Shown in pieces: positions 17,673 to 26,544 of a DNA stretch of 26,544 nucleotides (its first letter is position 1; the number at the start of each line of letters is the position of its first letter). The notes under the pieces are model-generated. The model searched no databases. It was not told where the DNA came from and was given only the letters and a program-made list of their open reading frames with translations. The stretch lies in contig JAQGDQ010002425.1 in NCBI GenBank assembly GCA_030141605.1, positions 1-26,544 on the forward strand. The letters run 5' to 3'. Source of the DNA: Tubiluchus corallicola. Lineage: Eukaryota > Animalia > Priapulida. The position numbers and the translations under genes were made by a program.

Positions 17673-19160
17673 TTACAAATTTGGATTAGCATCTAATGCC
17701 GTTTGTGGTATTGGGAAAATCTCTCTTTCAGTAGCCGATGGGTCTTTCTCCCACCATCCAATACCGAACTTGCCAAAACGGATAAGGTCTTGTCTTCTAT
17801 GTCCTTCCCAGAACATTTCTCGTCCTCTTTCAGCTAATAAATTATCCAAGTCGGCAGTAATAGCACCTACCCCCGCACGAGTCCTTATTTTTGTTAATAA
17901 TTCAGCGGCAGTACCATCTCCCGCTCCATTAAGGCGTATTAAAGCTTCTGCTTTCATCAACAGCACATCAGCATATCTAAATAGTGGGTAATCATTACTC
18001 AAGTTTTCTCTTGCTCCATTTTTTACTTCAAATTTTACTACTCTAGCTCCTGACATTCTTATTTGCTTTGTAGTATATGCGGCATCTAATTTCAATGCTG
18101 GTATATGTTTATCAAATACTAAGTTTTCGTTTGCATCTGCATCTATTATTTCCTCGCCGGAAACAGTATATTGTTGACCAATAAGAAAATAACCATCACC
18201 ATTAGTTCCTTTTCTTAGATCACCGCTTCCGTAAGTGTCGTAATGATCCTCCATTGTTGCAAAACCATTCCACGGTTTTTGCAACATATCAAAAGTCTGG
18301 TCATTATCGTAGTGCAAAGTTCTCATATGAAGATTAAATCCTTGAAAATTAATTTCATCAAAAGGGATAGTAAATATATTCTCCATAGAATTCTTATTGT
18401 CTGTTACAAAAGGAGCAAGAGGACTTATTTCCAAGTCAAAAGCATCCATTTTTATAACCGCCTCACAAGCGTCCAGTGCTCCCTGCCATTGGGGAGTACC
18501 TGTATATACTTCTGCATTTAAATAAAGTTTAGCAAGTAATGTGTAGGCTGTTGCTTTATTGACAACAGATTTGTTATTATGTGAAGGATTTGCCAAATTA
18601 GAAATATTATCATCGATTACTTCTATCAAAGAATTATATATATCTTCTCTTCTTGTTTTGTGCGGATTTGAGGGTGCATTAGAAAATGATGTTACATAAG
18701 GTACATCTCCATAGTTATCTATAAGTAAATAATAGTAAAATGACCTAAGTATTTTCATTTGTGCTGCTGCGTTCTTATCTTCTTCACTATCTCCTAAATA
18801 TTCCAAAGCCTTATTGCATTCTGTAATGCCATTGTAAAAATTGCCCCACATATCAATTATTGATTTGGTCATATTTGTCCAAGTATGGGTATGTAGTTCT
18901 CTCCATCGCCCTCCATCGTCCCAATCTGTAAGTCGTGTAGGAGCAACCACTGCATCACTTGTTACCTCTTGAGCAAACCACCATTCTCCATTATCTACCA
19001 ACCTGCCAAGTTCTTTATAAGCTCCAATGGTTAGTAAATCTGCTTGTCTGTCATTTTCAGGATATAGGTTTTCTGGAATATTATCATACACCTCCTCGTC
19101 TAAGTTTATACAAGAATTTAGAAGTACAATATTTATTAACAATAGCAATGTTTTTTTCAT
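17673..19160 (-). CDS. susD: RagB/SusD family lipoprotein
   Basis: Lipobox LNS-C-INLDEEVY; DWDDGGRWRELHTHTW; FRYADVLLMKAEA; ERGREMFWEGHRRQDLIRFG. Confidence 0.95.
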   Translation of the reverse strand: MKKTLLLLINIVLLNSCINLDEEVYDNIPENLYPENDRQADLLTIGAYKELGRLVDNGEWWFAQEVTSDAVVAPTRLTDWDDGGRWRELHTHTWTNMTKSIIDMWGNFYNGITECNKALEYLGDSEEDKNAAAQMKILRSFYYYLLIDNYGDVPYVTSFSNAPSNPHKTRREDIYNSLIEVIDDNISNLANPSHNNKSVVNKATAYTLLAKLYLNAEVYTGTPQWQGALDACEAVIKMDAFDLEISPLAPFVTDNKNSMENIFTIPFDEINFQGFNLHMRTLHYDNDQTFDMLQKPWNGFATMEDHYDTYGSGDLRKGTNGDGYFLIGQQYTVSGEEIIDADANENLVFDKHIPALKLDAAYTTKQIRMSGARVVKFEVKNGARENLSNDYPLFRYADVLLMKAEALIRLNGAGDGTAAELLTKIRTRAGVGAITADLDNLLAERGREMFWEGHRRQDLIRFGKFGIGWWEKDPSATEREIFPIPQTALDANPNL

Positions 19161-19171
19161 AACAAACTTTT

Positions 19172-22120
19172 TTAAAGCTTAATATTTAACCCCACCAAAA
19201 AAGTTCTTGTCTTAGGGTATACACTATACTGATCTATACCAAAAGTCATTCCACTTTGGCTCATTTCTGGATCTAAGCCACTATAATTGGTAAGTGTAAA
19301 TAAATTATTGGAAGTAAAATGAGCTCTTAAACCTTTCACATTCTTGAGCCATCCTACATTTTGGGTATCAAAAGTATAGCCTATAGTAAAATTGTCCATA
19401 CGAATAAATGAACCATCCTCTATATAGAAATCAGAGTATTTTGGACTATCATTCAAAGTGCCGGCCAGATCCAAAGCTTCCTGAAGTCCATTTCTATCTG
19501 GTAATACCGATGGATTTCCAAATATCATACGGGTTACATTAAGAATGTCGTGTCCTACTACAGCTCTTAAAGAAAAGCTAATATCCCAATTTTTATAAAT
19601 TTTAAACTGACTTGTCCAAGCCAGCTCAAAATCAGGTAGAGCGTTTCCTATCTCTTGTCTGTCTTCGTCGTTTTGTTCGTATGTTAAAGAACCATCAGGT
19701 GCTTCAAACACAAATTTTCCGTCACTATCTATACCTGCGTATTTCCATCCATAAAATGTTCCTAATTCACTTCCTGGCATAACTACTTGTGTCCAAACAT
19801 CGCTCAATCCACGTCCACTTATCCAACCTTCTTTTCTGAATTCCAGATTGTATTGATCGTTAGATAAAGAAACTACTTTTTGTTTATTAGTGGAAAATGA
19901 GATTAAATTTTTCCATTTTATATTTTTTCGTTCAATGGCTGTACCTGCAAGGTTTATTTCAAAACCATTATTAGTAATCTCTCCCGCATTGGCATAGGTT
20001 GTTCCATAGCGATTGGGTGGCACAGGCACTTCATATTCTGCCAGAAGGTCATAAGTTCTTTTCCTATAATAATCCAAAGAACCTGTTATTCTATTTTTCA
20101 AAATACCAAAATCTAGTCCAATGTTCCACTCCTCATTTTCTTCCCATTTAAGGTCTGGGTTAGCATTTCGTATTTGTTGAAAAACAACGACTGACTCTCC
20201 TGTATTAGGATCTATTGAAGAACCTCCAGAACCTACAAGGTCTTTCGACAAATACCTGTCTATTTCTTGGTTTCCTACTATCCCCCACCCTACTCTTACC
20301 TTTAATTGATTGAAAAGACTTGGGTCAAAGAAATCTTCCTTCGTAAGATCCCACGCTGCAGATGCTGAGGGAAACCATCCCCATTTATGATTATCTCCAA
20401 ACTTTGAAGATCCATCTCGTCTAATAGTAGTTGTAAGAAAATATTTTGACTCATAATCATAAACACCTCTTGCAAAAAAAGACACCAATCTATTAGCCCC
20501 TTTATATGAGGATACATCTCCAATGCTTACATCATTTAAAAGGGCTAAATTGTGAGATTGCACATAATCTGACCCTACATCTCGTCCTTGTGCCTTAAAC
20601 CCAGTTGATATATCTTCTTGAAACGAATATCCGCCCACTGCACTTAGGTTATGTCCTTCATTAAAACTATTGCTATATGATATAGTAGCTTCTAATATTT
20701 TAGAAATGTCATTATTGTATTCTCTGTAAGCATAGCCATTGGTAGTTGTTACATTCGAATAGCTAGGCTCAAAATAAAAGTGTTCTTGATCATCTCTTGT
20801 ATAGCCTATATTTACTCCTCCTGTAAGATTTTCTACTATTTCATAATTCAATCTCAGGTTTCCTAAAAAACGTTTCGCAGACCGTTCATCTTGTACTTGT
20901 TCTACGGCTGCTACTGGGTTGTTGTATTCAAAGCCATCAACTTCATAAAATGATCCATCTTCATTGTATACAGGAAGAGTTGGGTTTCTTTGATACGCTT
21001 GAAAAAGCACATCTCTTTCTCCTTTTCCATCATACTTTACATAGTTGTTTTCTTCAAAAGTTCCTGATATACCTCCTTGTATTGTTAATTTATTATTAAG
21101 TGCTCTTTGATTAAAATTGATGCGCCCTACAACTCTTTCTTTTTCCGAACCTATTACTACTCCGCTGAAATCTAAATAGGTTATAGAAGCTCTGTAATTA
21201 CCTTTACCACTTCCACCAGTAAAAGCTATATTATGGGTTTGCGATATACCTGTTCTTAGTATTTCATCTTGCCAGTCTGTATTAGCCCCGCCATCTGTGA
21301 AAGATAAACCATTATCAGATACATATTTTCTCAGCTGGTTTGCATCTAATAAATCCAACTTATTAGCAGCATGGTCTAAAGAAACATAGCTATTGTATTC
21401 TACCGCAGATTCCATATCTTTTTCACCTCCTCTTTTGGTGGTAATGATAATTACTCCATTAGACCCTCGCGAACCGTAAATAGCAGTAGAAGATGCATCT
21501 TTCAACACATTAAAGCTTTCTATGTCTTCTGGAGCTACCGTTGTGGGGTCTACCCCAGGAACTCCATCAACAACATACAGTGGTTCTGTGCCTGATACAA
21601 GTCCCGAAGAACCTCTAATTTTCACAGAAAAACCTGCATTAGGGTCTCCACCTTGTTTGACAATTGTTACCCCCGCTACTTTTCCTTGTATCCCCTGTAT
21701 TGGGTCTGTAAGCACCCCATCGTTAAAATCGTCAGGCCCTACGCTAACTACAGCCCCTGTTTTATCACTTTTCTTTTGCGTACCATACCCAATAATCACA
21801 ACCTGCTCCAATCCTACACTTTCGGACATCATTTCCACATTAATAACACTATTATTTCCTATTTGAATTTCCTTTGTTTCCATTCCAACGAACGAAAACA
21901 CAAGAGTTCCTGCATCTTCACCAACGTTGATTGAATACTCACCATTGCTCGCCCCTGTAGTAGTGCCAATAGTAGTGCCTTTAATAACAACACTTACGCC
22001 GGGCAAAGGGTTATTATCAGCATCTACTACAACTCCAGTTATTGTCTTGGCTTGAGAGAGAGAGCATATTGCAACTAATAAAAATAGGGATAAAAAGAAT
22101 TTTGTAAATGAATTTCCCAT
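19172..22120 (-). CDS. susC: SusC/RagA TonB-dependent transporter (intact)
   Basis: Signal peptide; VVIIGYGTQKK; IESFNVLKDASSTAIYGSRGSNGVIIITTK; NPDLKWE; YPKTRTFLVGLNIKL end. Confidence 0.96.
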   Translation of the reverse strand: MGNSFTKFFLSLFLLVAICSLSQAKTITGVVVDADNNPLPGVSVVIKGTTIGTTTGASNGEYSINVGEDAGTLVFSFVGMETKEIQIGNNSVINVEMMSESVGLEQVVIIGYGTQKKSDKTGAVVSVGPDDFNDGVLTDPIQGIQGKVAGVTIVKQGGDPNAGFSVKIRGSSGLVSGTEPLYVVDGVPGVDPTTVAPEDIESFNVLKDASSTAIYGSRGSNGVIIITTKRGGEKDMESAVEYNSYVSLDHAANKLDLLDANQLRKYVSDNGLSFTDGGANTDWQDEILRTGISQTHNIAFTGGSGKGNYRASITYLDFSGVVIGSEKERVVGRINFNQRALNNKLTIQGGISGTFEENNYVKYDGKGERDVLFQAYQRNPTLPVYNEDGSFYEVDGFEYNNPVAAVEQVQDERSAKRFLGNLRLNYEIVENLTGGVNIGYTRDDQEHFYFEPSYSNVTTTNGYAYREYNNDISKILEATISYSNSFNEGHNLSAVGGYSFQEDISTGFKAQGRDVGSDYVQSHNLALLNDVSIGDVSSYKGANRLVSFFARGVYDYESKYFLTTTIRRDGSSKFGDNHKWGWFPSASAAWDLTKEDFFDPSLFNQLKVRVGWGIVGNQEIDRYLSKDLVGSGGSSIDPNTGESVVVFQQIRNANPDLKWEENEEWNIGLDFGILKNRITGSLDYYRKRTYDLLAEYEVPVPPNRYGTTYANAGEITNNGFEINLAGTAIERKNIKWKNLISFSTNKQKVVSLSNDQYNLEFRKEGWISGRGLSDVWTQVVMPGSELGTFYGWKYAGIDSDGKFVFEAPDGSLTYEQNDEDRQEIGNALPDFELAWTSQFKIYKNWDISFSLRAVVGHDILNVTRMIFGNPSVLPDRNGLQEALDLAGTLNDSPKYSDFYIEDGSFIRMDNFTIGYTFDTQNVGWLKNVKGLRAHFTSNNLFTLTNYSGLDPEMSQSGMTFGIDQYSVYPKTRTFLVGLNIKL

Positions 22121-22185
22121 CGCAGTCTGGCTTTATTAAGTTATATTAAGAATTGTTTTGACAAATTTTAATGTAAGAATAAAAA

Positions 22186-22193
22186 CAAATGTA
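22186..22193 (-). promoter_or_regulatory. Candidate -7 promoter element for susC
   Basis: Minus strand TACATTTG fits TAnnTTTG, ~65 nt upstream of the start. No well-spaced -33 element seen. Confidence 0.4.
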
Positions 22194-22301
22194 AATAAAA
22201 TAAAATAAATAAAACTACACAATTTTTTTGTTAGCAAACATTAGCTATATAACATAAAAACCTAAAAACAAGCATTACTGTCTTGTTTTTTCACTTACAA
22301 C

Positions 22302-22321
22302 TTATGCAAACGTTTGCATAA
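22302..22321. promoter_or_regulatory. LacI/GalR-family operator-like perfect palindrome
   Basis: TTATGCAAACGTTTGCATAA, a perfect 20-bp palindrome with the central AAACGTTT core characteristic of LacI-family sites. Confidence 0.75.
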
Positions 22322-22733
22322 ACAAATTTCAATAAAAAATGCTTGTAAAATGCTAAAAACTATTCCTTGTATTTTTTACTTAGTTCTTTAAAAAATGAAA
22401 GTAATAGTATATCTACTTCTTTTCATTTTGTTTTAACATGTAATGTAAAATATCTTTGAATATTTATTGTGAAAAAGTAGTTTTATTTATTTTTTTTCTA
22501 AAAAAATAAACTTTAATTTGCTTATAAAAATATATATATATAATTTTAAAATTTAATAACATCAGAAGGTGAAGTATAGTTATTTGCGTTTTTTTATGAA
22601 GTATATTTAAATTGAGAGGCTTTCCTTTTTTTACTATAATTTGAATTCACAATAATAGCTAAATGCTTATTACCCTTGTATTGAGATGTAAAATTTTCAA
22701 CTTTAATAAACATTGAATTTATAATTAAAGAAA

Positions 22734-23192
22734 ATGCAAAAAAATGCTGTTGTATCCATTACACTTCTAAGAATAGTTATAGGGTGGCACTTTTTATACG
22801 AGGGAATTTCTAAGGCTTTTCAAGCAGATTGGTCATCTTTTGCTTATTTAAAATATGCAAATGGGCCTTTGAGTTATCTAACGCAATTTTTTATTCAAAG
22901 TCAAAGTTTTATTAAATTTACAGATTATTTAGTAATTATCAGTTTATTCCTCGTAGGACTAAGTCTTCTTTTAGGTATTTATTCTCGTGTATTTGCTTAT
23001 GTTGGAATAGCTTGGCTTTGTCTTTTCTATTTGTCTTATCCTCCCTTTGATTTAGAGAAAGTAGGGTCTATCTCTGGTACTGGAAATTATTTTATTGTGG
23101 ATAATAATTTGATTGAAATTATTGCTTTGTGGGTTACAACGTACTTCCCTACCGAAAGAAATGTGGGAATACGTAGACTTATGAAAATATGA
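22734..23192 (+). CDS. DoxX/DoxD-family membrane protein
   Basis: LLRIVIGWHFLYEGISK; VGLSLLLG; several hydrophobic segments; NYFIVDNNLIE. Confidence 0.88.
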   Translation: MQKNAVVSITLLRIVIGWHFLYEGISKAFQADWSSFAYLKYANGPLSYLTQFFIQSQSFIKFTDYLVIISLFLVGLSLLLGIYSRVFAYVGIAWLCLFYLSYPPFDLEKVGSISGTGNYFIVDNNLIEIIALWVTTYFPTERNVGIRRLMKI

Positions 23193-23231
23193 TATAATTA
23201 ATAAGTTTTTAGGTAGGAAATTTAAGAGTAT

Positions 23232-24776
23232 ATGAACAAAAAGAAGCTAAATAGAAGGGATTGGTTAAAAGGATTGGCAACTGTTCCAGTAGCAGGGTTG
23301 TTGTTGTATAAAGGATATAAGAATTTACAACATAAAAAAATTAAGAGTTTATTCATTGATGAACAAGAAGAAGAAAAACCCATAGATTTTTTTTCAGGTA
23401 GTGAAAAAGAAAAACTAAGGGTAGGCATCATCGGGTCAGGGGGTAGAGGATGCTATATATTGAGATCTTTGGGTTTTGAACATCCTGAGTGGATTGATAT
23501 GGTGATGAAGGAGGCTAAAAAAAATCCACAGGATAAGCGTTACGAGGAGTTTTTGCAGCAAGAAGACTTAGGCATTGTGATAAATGGTATTTGCGATGTT
23601 TTTGACAAGGCTGCTCAAAGAGGTATAGAGATGGGCGCTAATTTACATAGGCAGCCTACTAATGGAAAAATGGCTACTCCTCCTAAAAGGTATAGGAACT
23701 ATATTGAAATGCTAGATTCTCCAGATATTGATGTTGTTGTTATAGCTACTCCTGACCATTGGCATGCAACTATGACAATGGAGGCTGCAAAGAGGGGAAA
23801 GCACGTGTATTTAGAAAAGCCGCTTAGCTGGACATTGGATGAAACTTATGAGGTTGCAAAAATAGTTAAGGAAAGTGGTATTATTTTTCAATTAGGACAT
23901 CAGGGGAGGCAAGATTTAAGTTATCTTAAAGCTAAGCAGATTATAGATAAGGGGATTATTGGAAAGGTTAATATGATTGAAGTAACCACTAATAGGAACG
24001 ATCCTGTGGGGGCTTGGGTTTACCCTATTCATCCTGATGCTAATCCAAACACTATTGATTGGAAACAGTTTTTGGGTAAGGCTCCTCATCACGAGTTTAG
24101 TTTAGAGCGTTTTTTTAGATGGCGTTGCTGGTGGGATTACAGCACGGGATTAATAGGAGATTTGCTTACACACGAGTTCGATGCTATCAATCAAATAATG
24201 GACTTAGGAATTCCTCGTAGTGCAACAGCTTCTGGTGGAGTTTATTACTATAAAGATGGAAGAACGGTTCCTGATGTGCTGCAAGTAGCTTTAGAGTTTG
24301 AGAAGCAAGATATTTCTTTTCTCTATTCTGCATCTCTTGCTAATAGCCACGATAGAGGTAAATCTATAATGGGAACGGATGGTACAATTCAGTTGGGACA
24401 ATTACATAATGGAACGTTGGCATTGGAAATAGATGCTTATTCACAAAAGTATAAAGATGCAATACAACGAAAGGAAATTAATCCAAACGAACCTTATTAC
24501 TTTAACCCAGCCAAAAACAATATAGATGCTATTACATCTGCTACGGAGAAATATTTTGCTAATAGGGGTTTGTTATATACTTATAGAGGAGGGAGACGTG
24601 TTGATACTACTTTCCTACATTTGGGAGAGTGGTTGTATTGCATAAGGAATAAGCAACAGCCAAGCTGTAGCATAGAGCCATCCTTTCAAGAAGGTATTGC
24701 TGTACAGATGGCCACTAAGGCTTATAGGGAGGGGCGAACTATTTACTGGGATGAAGAGAAAAAGAAATTAGTTTAA
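23232..24776 (+). CDS. Gfo/Idh/MocA family oxidoreductase with twin-arginine-like leader
   Basis: NRRDWLK leader; RVGIIGSGGRG; IDVVVIATPDHWH; GKHVYLEKP; GLIGDLLTHEFD. Confidence 0.93.
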   Translation: MNKKKLNRRDWLKGLATVPVAGLLLYKGYKNLQHKKIKSLFIDEQEEEKPIDFFSGSEKEKLRVGIIGSGGRGCYILRSLGFEHPEWIDMVMKEAKKNPQDKRYEEFLQQEDLGIVINGICDVFDKAAQRGIEMGANLHRQPTNGKMATPPKRYRNYIEMLDSPDIDVVVIATPDHWHATMTMEAAKRGKHVYLEKPLSWTLDETYEVAKIVKESGIIFQLGHQGRQDLSYLKAKQIIDKGIIGKVNMIEVTTNRNDPVGAWVYPIHPDANPNTIDWKQFLGKAPHHEFSLERFFRWRCWWDYSTGLIGDLLTHEFDAINQIMDLGIPRSATASGGVYYYKDGRTVPDVLQVALEFEKQDISFLYSASLANSHDRGKSIMGTDGTIQLGQLHNGTLALEIDAYSQKYKDAIQRKEINPNEPYYFNPAKNNIDAITSATEKYFANRGLLYTYRGGRRVDTTFLHLGEWLYCIRNKQQPSCSIEPSFQEGIAVQMATKAYREGRTIYWDEEKKKLV

Positions 24777-24798
24777 AACTTTAAATTTATTAAATAAT

Positions 24799-26295
24799 AT
24801 GAAGAAAAATGTAAATAGGAGAGATTTTATTAAAAAGACTGGTACTTACACAGCTGGTATTGCTGCTGGAGGTGCATTGCTTAGCAAGGTTTCTAATGCC
24901 TATGCCGCTGTTCCAGCGGTGAACAAGTCTGCAAATTATGTTTCTCCTAATGATAGATTAAACATAGCCGCAGTTGGTGTAGGTGGTATGGGTAGACGTA
25001 ACTTAAAGCAAATTACGGGGCAAAATATTGTTGCTTTGTGTGATGTCGATTGGAAGTACGCAAAAAAGTGTTTCGAAGATTACCCTAAGGCTGCTAAGTA
25101 TAAGGATTACCGTAAGATGTTGGAGCGAAAAGATATTGATGCAGTAGTTATTGCAACTACCGACCATACTCATGCTTGTATTGCAGCTCAAGCAATGCGT
25201 CAAGGTTTGCACGTGTTTGTTCAAAAGCCACTTACACATAGTGTTTACGAGTCGCGAGTATTGACCAATTTAGCCAACGAGTATAAGGTTGCGACACAAA
25301 TGGGAAATCAAGGTAATTCTGGGGAAGGTATTCGTACGGTTTGTGAGTGGATTTGGGATGGTGCTATCGGAGAGATAAACAAGGTTGATACTTGGACGAA
25401 TAGGCCTATATGGCCACAAGGGCTAGAGCGCCCGAAAAAGTCTATGAAAGTTCCTAAAACACTGGATTGGGATTTGTTTTTAGGCCCTGCAGCTCATAGA
25501 CCCTATCATTCTGCTTATACTCCTTGGAATTGGAGAGGTTGGTGGGATTTTGGTACCGGAGCTTTGGGAGATATGGCTTGTCATATTATAGACCCTGCAT
25601 TTAAGGCATTGAAGTTGGAATATCCTATTGCCATAGAGGGAACTTCTTCTGCTATCAATACTGAATCTGCTCCTAATGCTGAGAGGGTAAAATACTATTT
25701 TCCAAAGCGAAAAAGTTTAGCTAAGGTGGGTATGCCAGCTGTGGAAATCACTTGGACTGACGGGGGTATCTTGCCTATTATTCCTAAGGAAATTAAAGAT
25801 GGTAGAGAATTAGACAGAGATGGAGGAGTAATTTTCCACGGAACAAAGGGAACTCTCGTTTGCGGAACTTATGGTAGAGACCCACGCTTGTTTATTGGAG
25901 GAAAAGAAGCTACCCAAGATTATAAAGCCCCTAAGGTGTTGAGAAGAATAGAAACAACTCACGAAATGGATTGGGTAAGAGCTTGTAAAGAATCTCCTGA
26001 AAATAGGGTAGAGGCAAGTTCGGAGTTCAATTACGCAGGTCCTTTAAATGAGATGGTAGTTATGGGTGTGGTAGCAGTTAGACTTCAGGATTTGAGGAGA
26101 AAATTGGAGTGGGATGGAAAAAATATGAAGTTTACTAATATTGCCAATGACGATGAGATACGGGTAATTACAACGGACAAGTTTAGTGTTGTAGATGGAG
26201 ACCCTAAGTGGGATACTCAATATAAAACCTTTAACGCTAAGGAAACAGCCGAGGAGTATATAAAACATACTTACAGAGAAGGGTGGGAGTTGTGA
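24799..26295 (+). CDS. Tat-exported Gfo/Idh/MocA family oxidoreductase
   Basis: NRRDFIK Tat signal; NIAAVGVGGMG; IDAVVIATTDHTH; HVFVQKPL; WRGWWDFGTGALGDMACHIID. Confidence 0.95.
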   Translation: MKKNVNRRDFIKKTGTYTAGIAAGGALLSKVSNAYAAVPAVNKSANYVSPNDRLNIAAVGVGGMGRRNLKQITGQNIVALCDVDWKYAKKCFEDYPKAAKYKDYRKMLERKDIDAVVIATTDHTHACIAAQAMRQGLHVFVQKPLTHSVYESRVLTNLANEYKVATQMGNQGNSGEGIRTVCEWIWDGAIGEINKVDTWTNRPIWPQGLERPKKSMKVPKTLDWDLFLGPAAHRPYHSAYTPWNWRGWWDFGTGALGDMACHIIDPAFKALKLEYPIAIEGTSSAINTESAPNAERVKYYFPKRKSLAKVGMPAVEITWTDGGILPIIPKEIKDGRELDRDGGVIFHGTKGTLVCGTYGRDPRLFIGGKEATQDYKAPKVLRRIETTHEMDWVRACKESPENRVEASSEFNYAGPLNEMVVMGVVAVRLQDLRRKLEWDGKNMKFTNIANDDEIRVITTDKFSVVDGDPKWDTQYKTFNAKETAEEYIKHTYREGWEL

Positions 26296-26386
26296 TAATT
26301 TTTATTTATGTATTAAATTAATTTTTATAACTTAAAGTTTAAACTTTGAGTTTGTTTATTTATAATCTTAAAATATTATTAATCTA

Positions 26387-26544
26387 ATGATGAAATTAAA
26401 TAATTTTTTTAACAGTGTGATAGTGTTAACTGTAATTGGTTTAACATCTTCTTGTTGCTCTTCTGGCGGAGGAGACAAGTCGTGCGGAAAGAGTAGTAGT
26501 AAGAAGGAAAAAGCCTGTAAAAGCGAGATAAACACTTTGTCTAA
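26387..26544 (+). CDS. Lipoprotein N-terminus (3'-truncated by window), possibly DUF1080 3-keto-disaccharide hydrolase
   Basis: Not in ORF track. Manual translation MMKLNNFFNSVIVLTVIGLTSSCCSSGGGDKSCGKSSSKKEKACKSEINTLS is open to the window end, with a lipobox-like Cys. The product guess rests on NTLS and gene context only. Confidence 0.55.
   Translation, partial: MMKLNNFFNSVIVLTVIGLTSSCCSSGGGDKSCGKSSSKKEKACKSEINTLS

Noticed and set aside
23193-23231. DoxX-oxidoreductase fusion by read-through
   Set aside because: Same frame, but the TGA is followed by two further TAA stops.
132-26268. Many short antisense/overlapping ORFs in the track (e.g. 840-1145, 5201-5503, 15459-16085, 21522-21866)
   Set aside because: They are shadows of well-supported genes on the opposite strand or in other frames, with no motifs.
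26331-26350. Palindrome cttaaagtttaaactttgag as terminator
   Set aside because: AT-only core with no loop; too weak to call in such AT-rich DNA.

Overview
AT-rich Bacteroidota-type DNA (SusC/SusD loci, Cys-lipoprotein signals, TTTG-N20-TAnnTTTG promoter). From left to right: (1) the 3' part of a SusD gene; (2) a ~5.5-kb accessory island (about 1230-6900) of phage-like origin, with a pseudogenised CI-like repressor, an intact divergent Cro-like HTH gene with a consensus promoter, a phage tail-fibre-repeat gene, and a gene whose C-terminal domain follows a 166-bp arm. That arm recurs twice further downstream as direct repeats. One copy carries a different but distantly related C-terminal domain as a silent cassette, and the copies alternate with opposite-strand DUF5018-like Ig-repeat genes; (3) a sulfatase-containing polysaccharide utilisation locus (PUL) in which both SusC and the beta-helix enzyme are frameshifted, with a long leader hairpin; (4) a SusC-SusD-SusE/F-like locus with a perfect 20-bp LacI-type palindrome upstream; (5) a divergent DoxX + two Tat-exported Gfo/Idh/MocA oxidoreductases + truncated lipoprotein cluster resembling 3-ketoglycoside pathway loci. 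The best candidate for a novel system is the homology-arm/variable-tip cassette array at 1394-5867. All calls come from reading motifs by eye; no searches were run.
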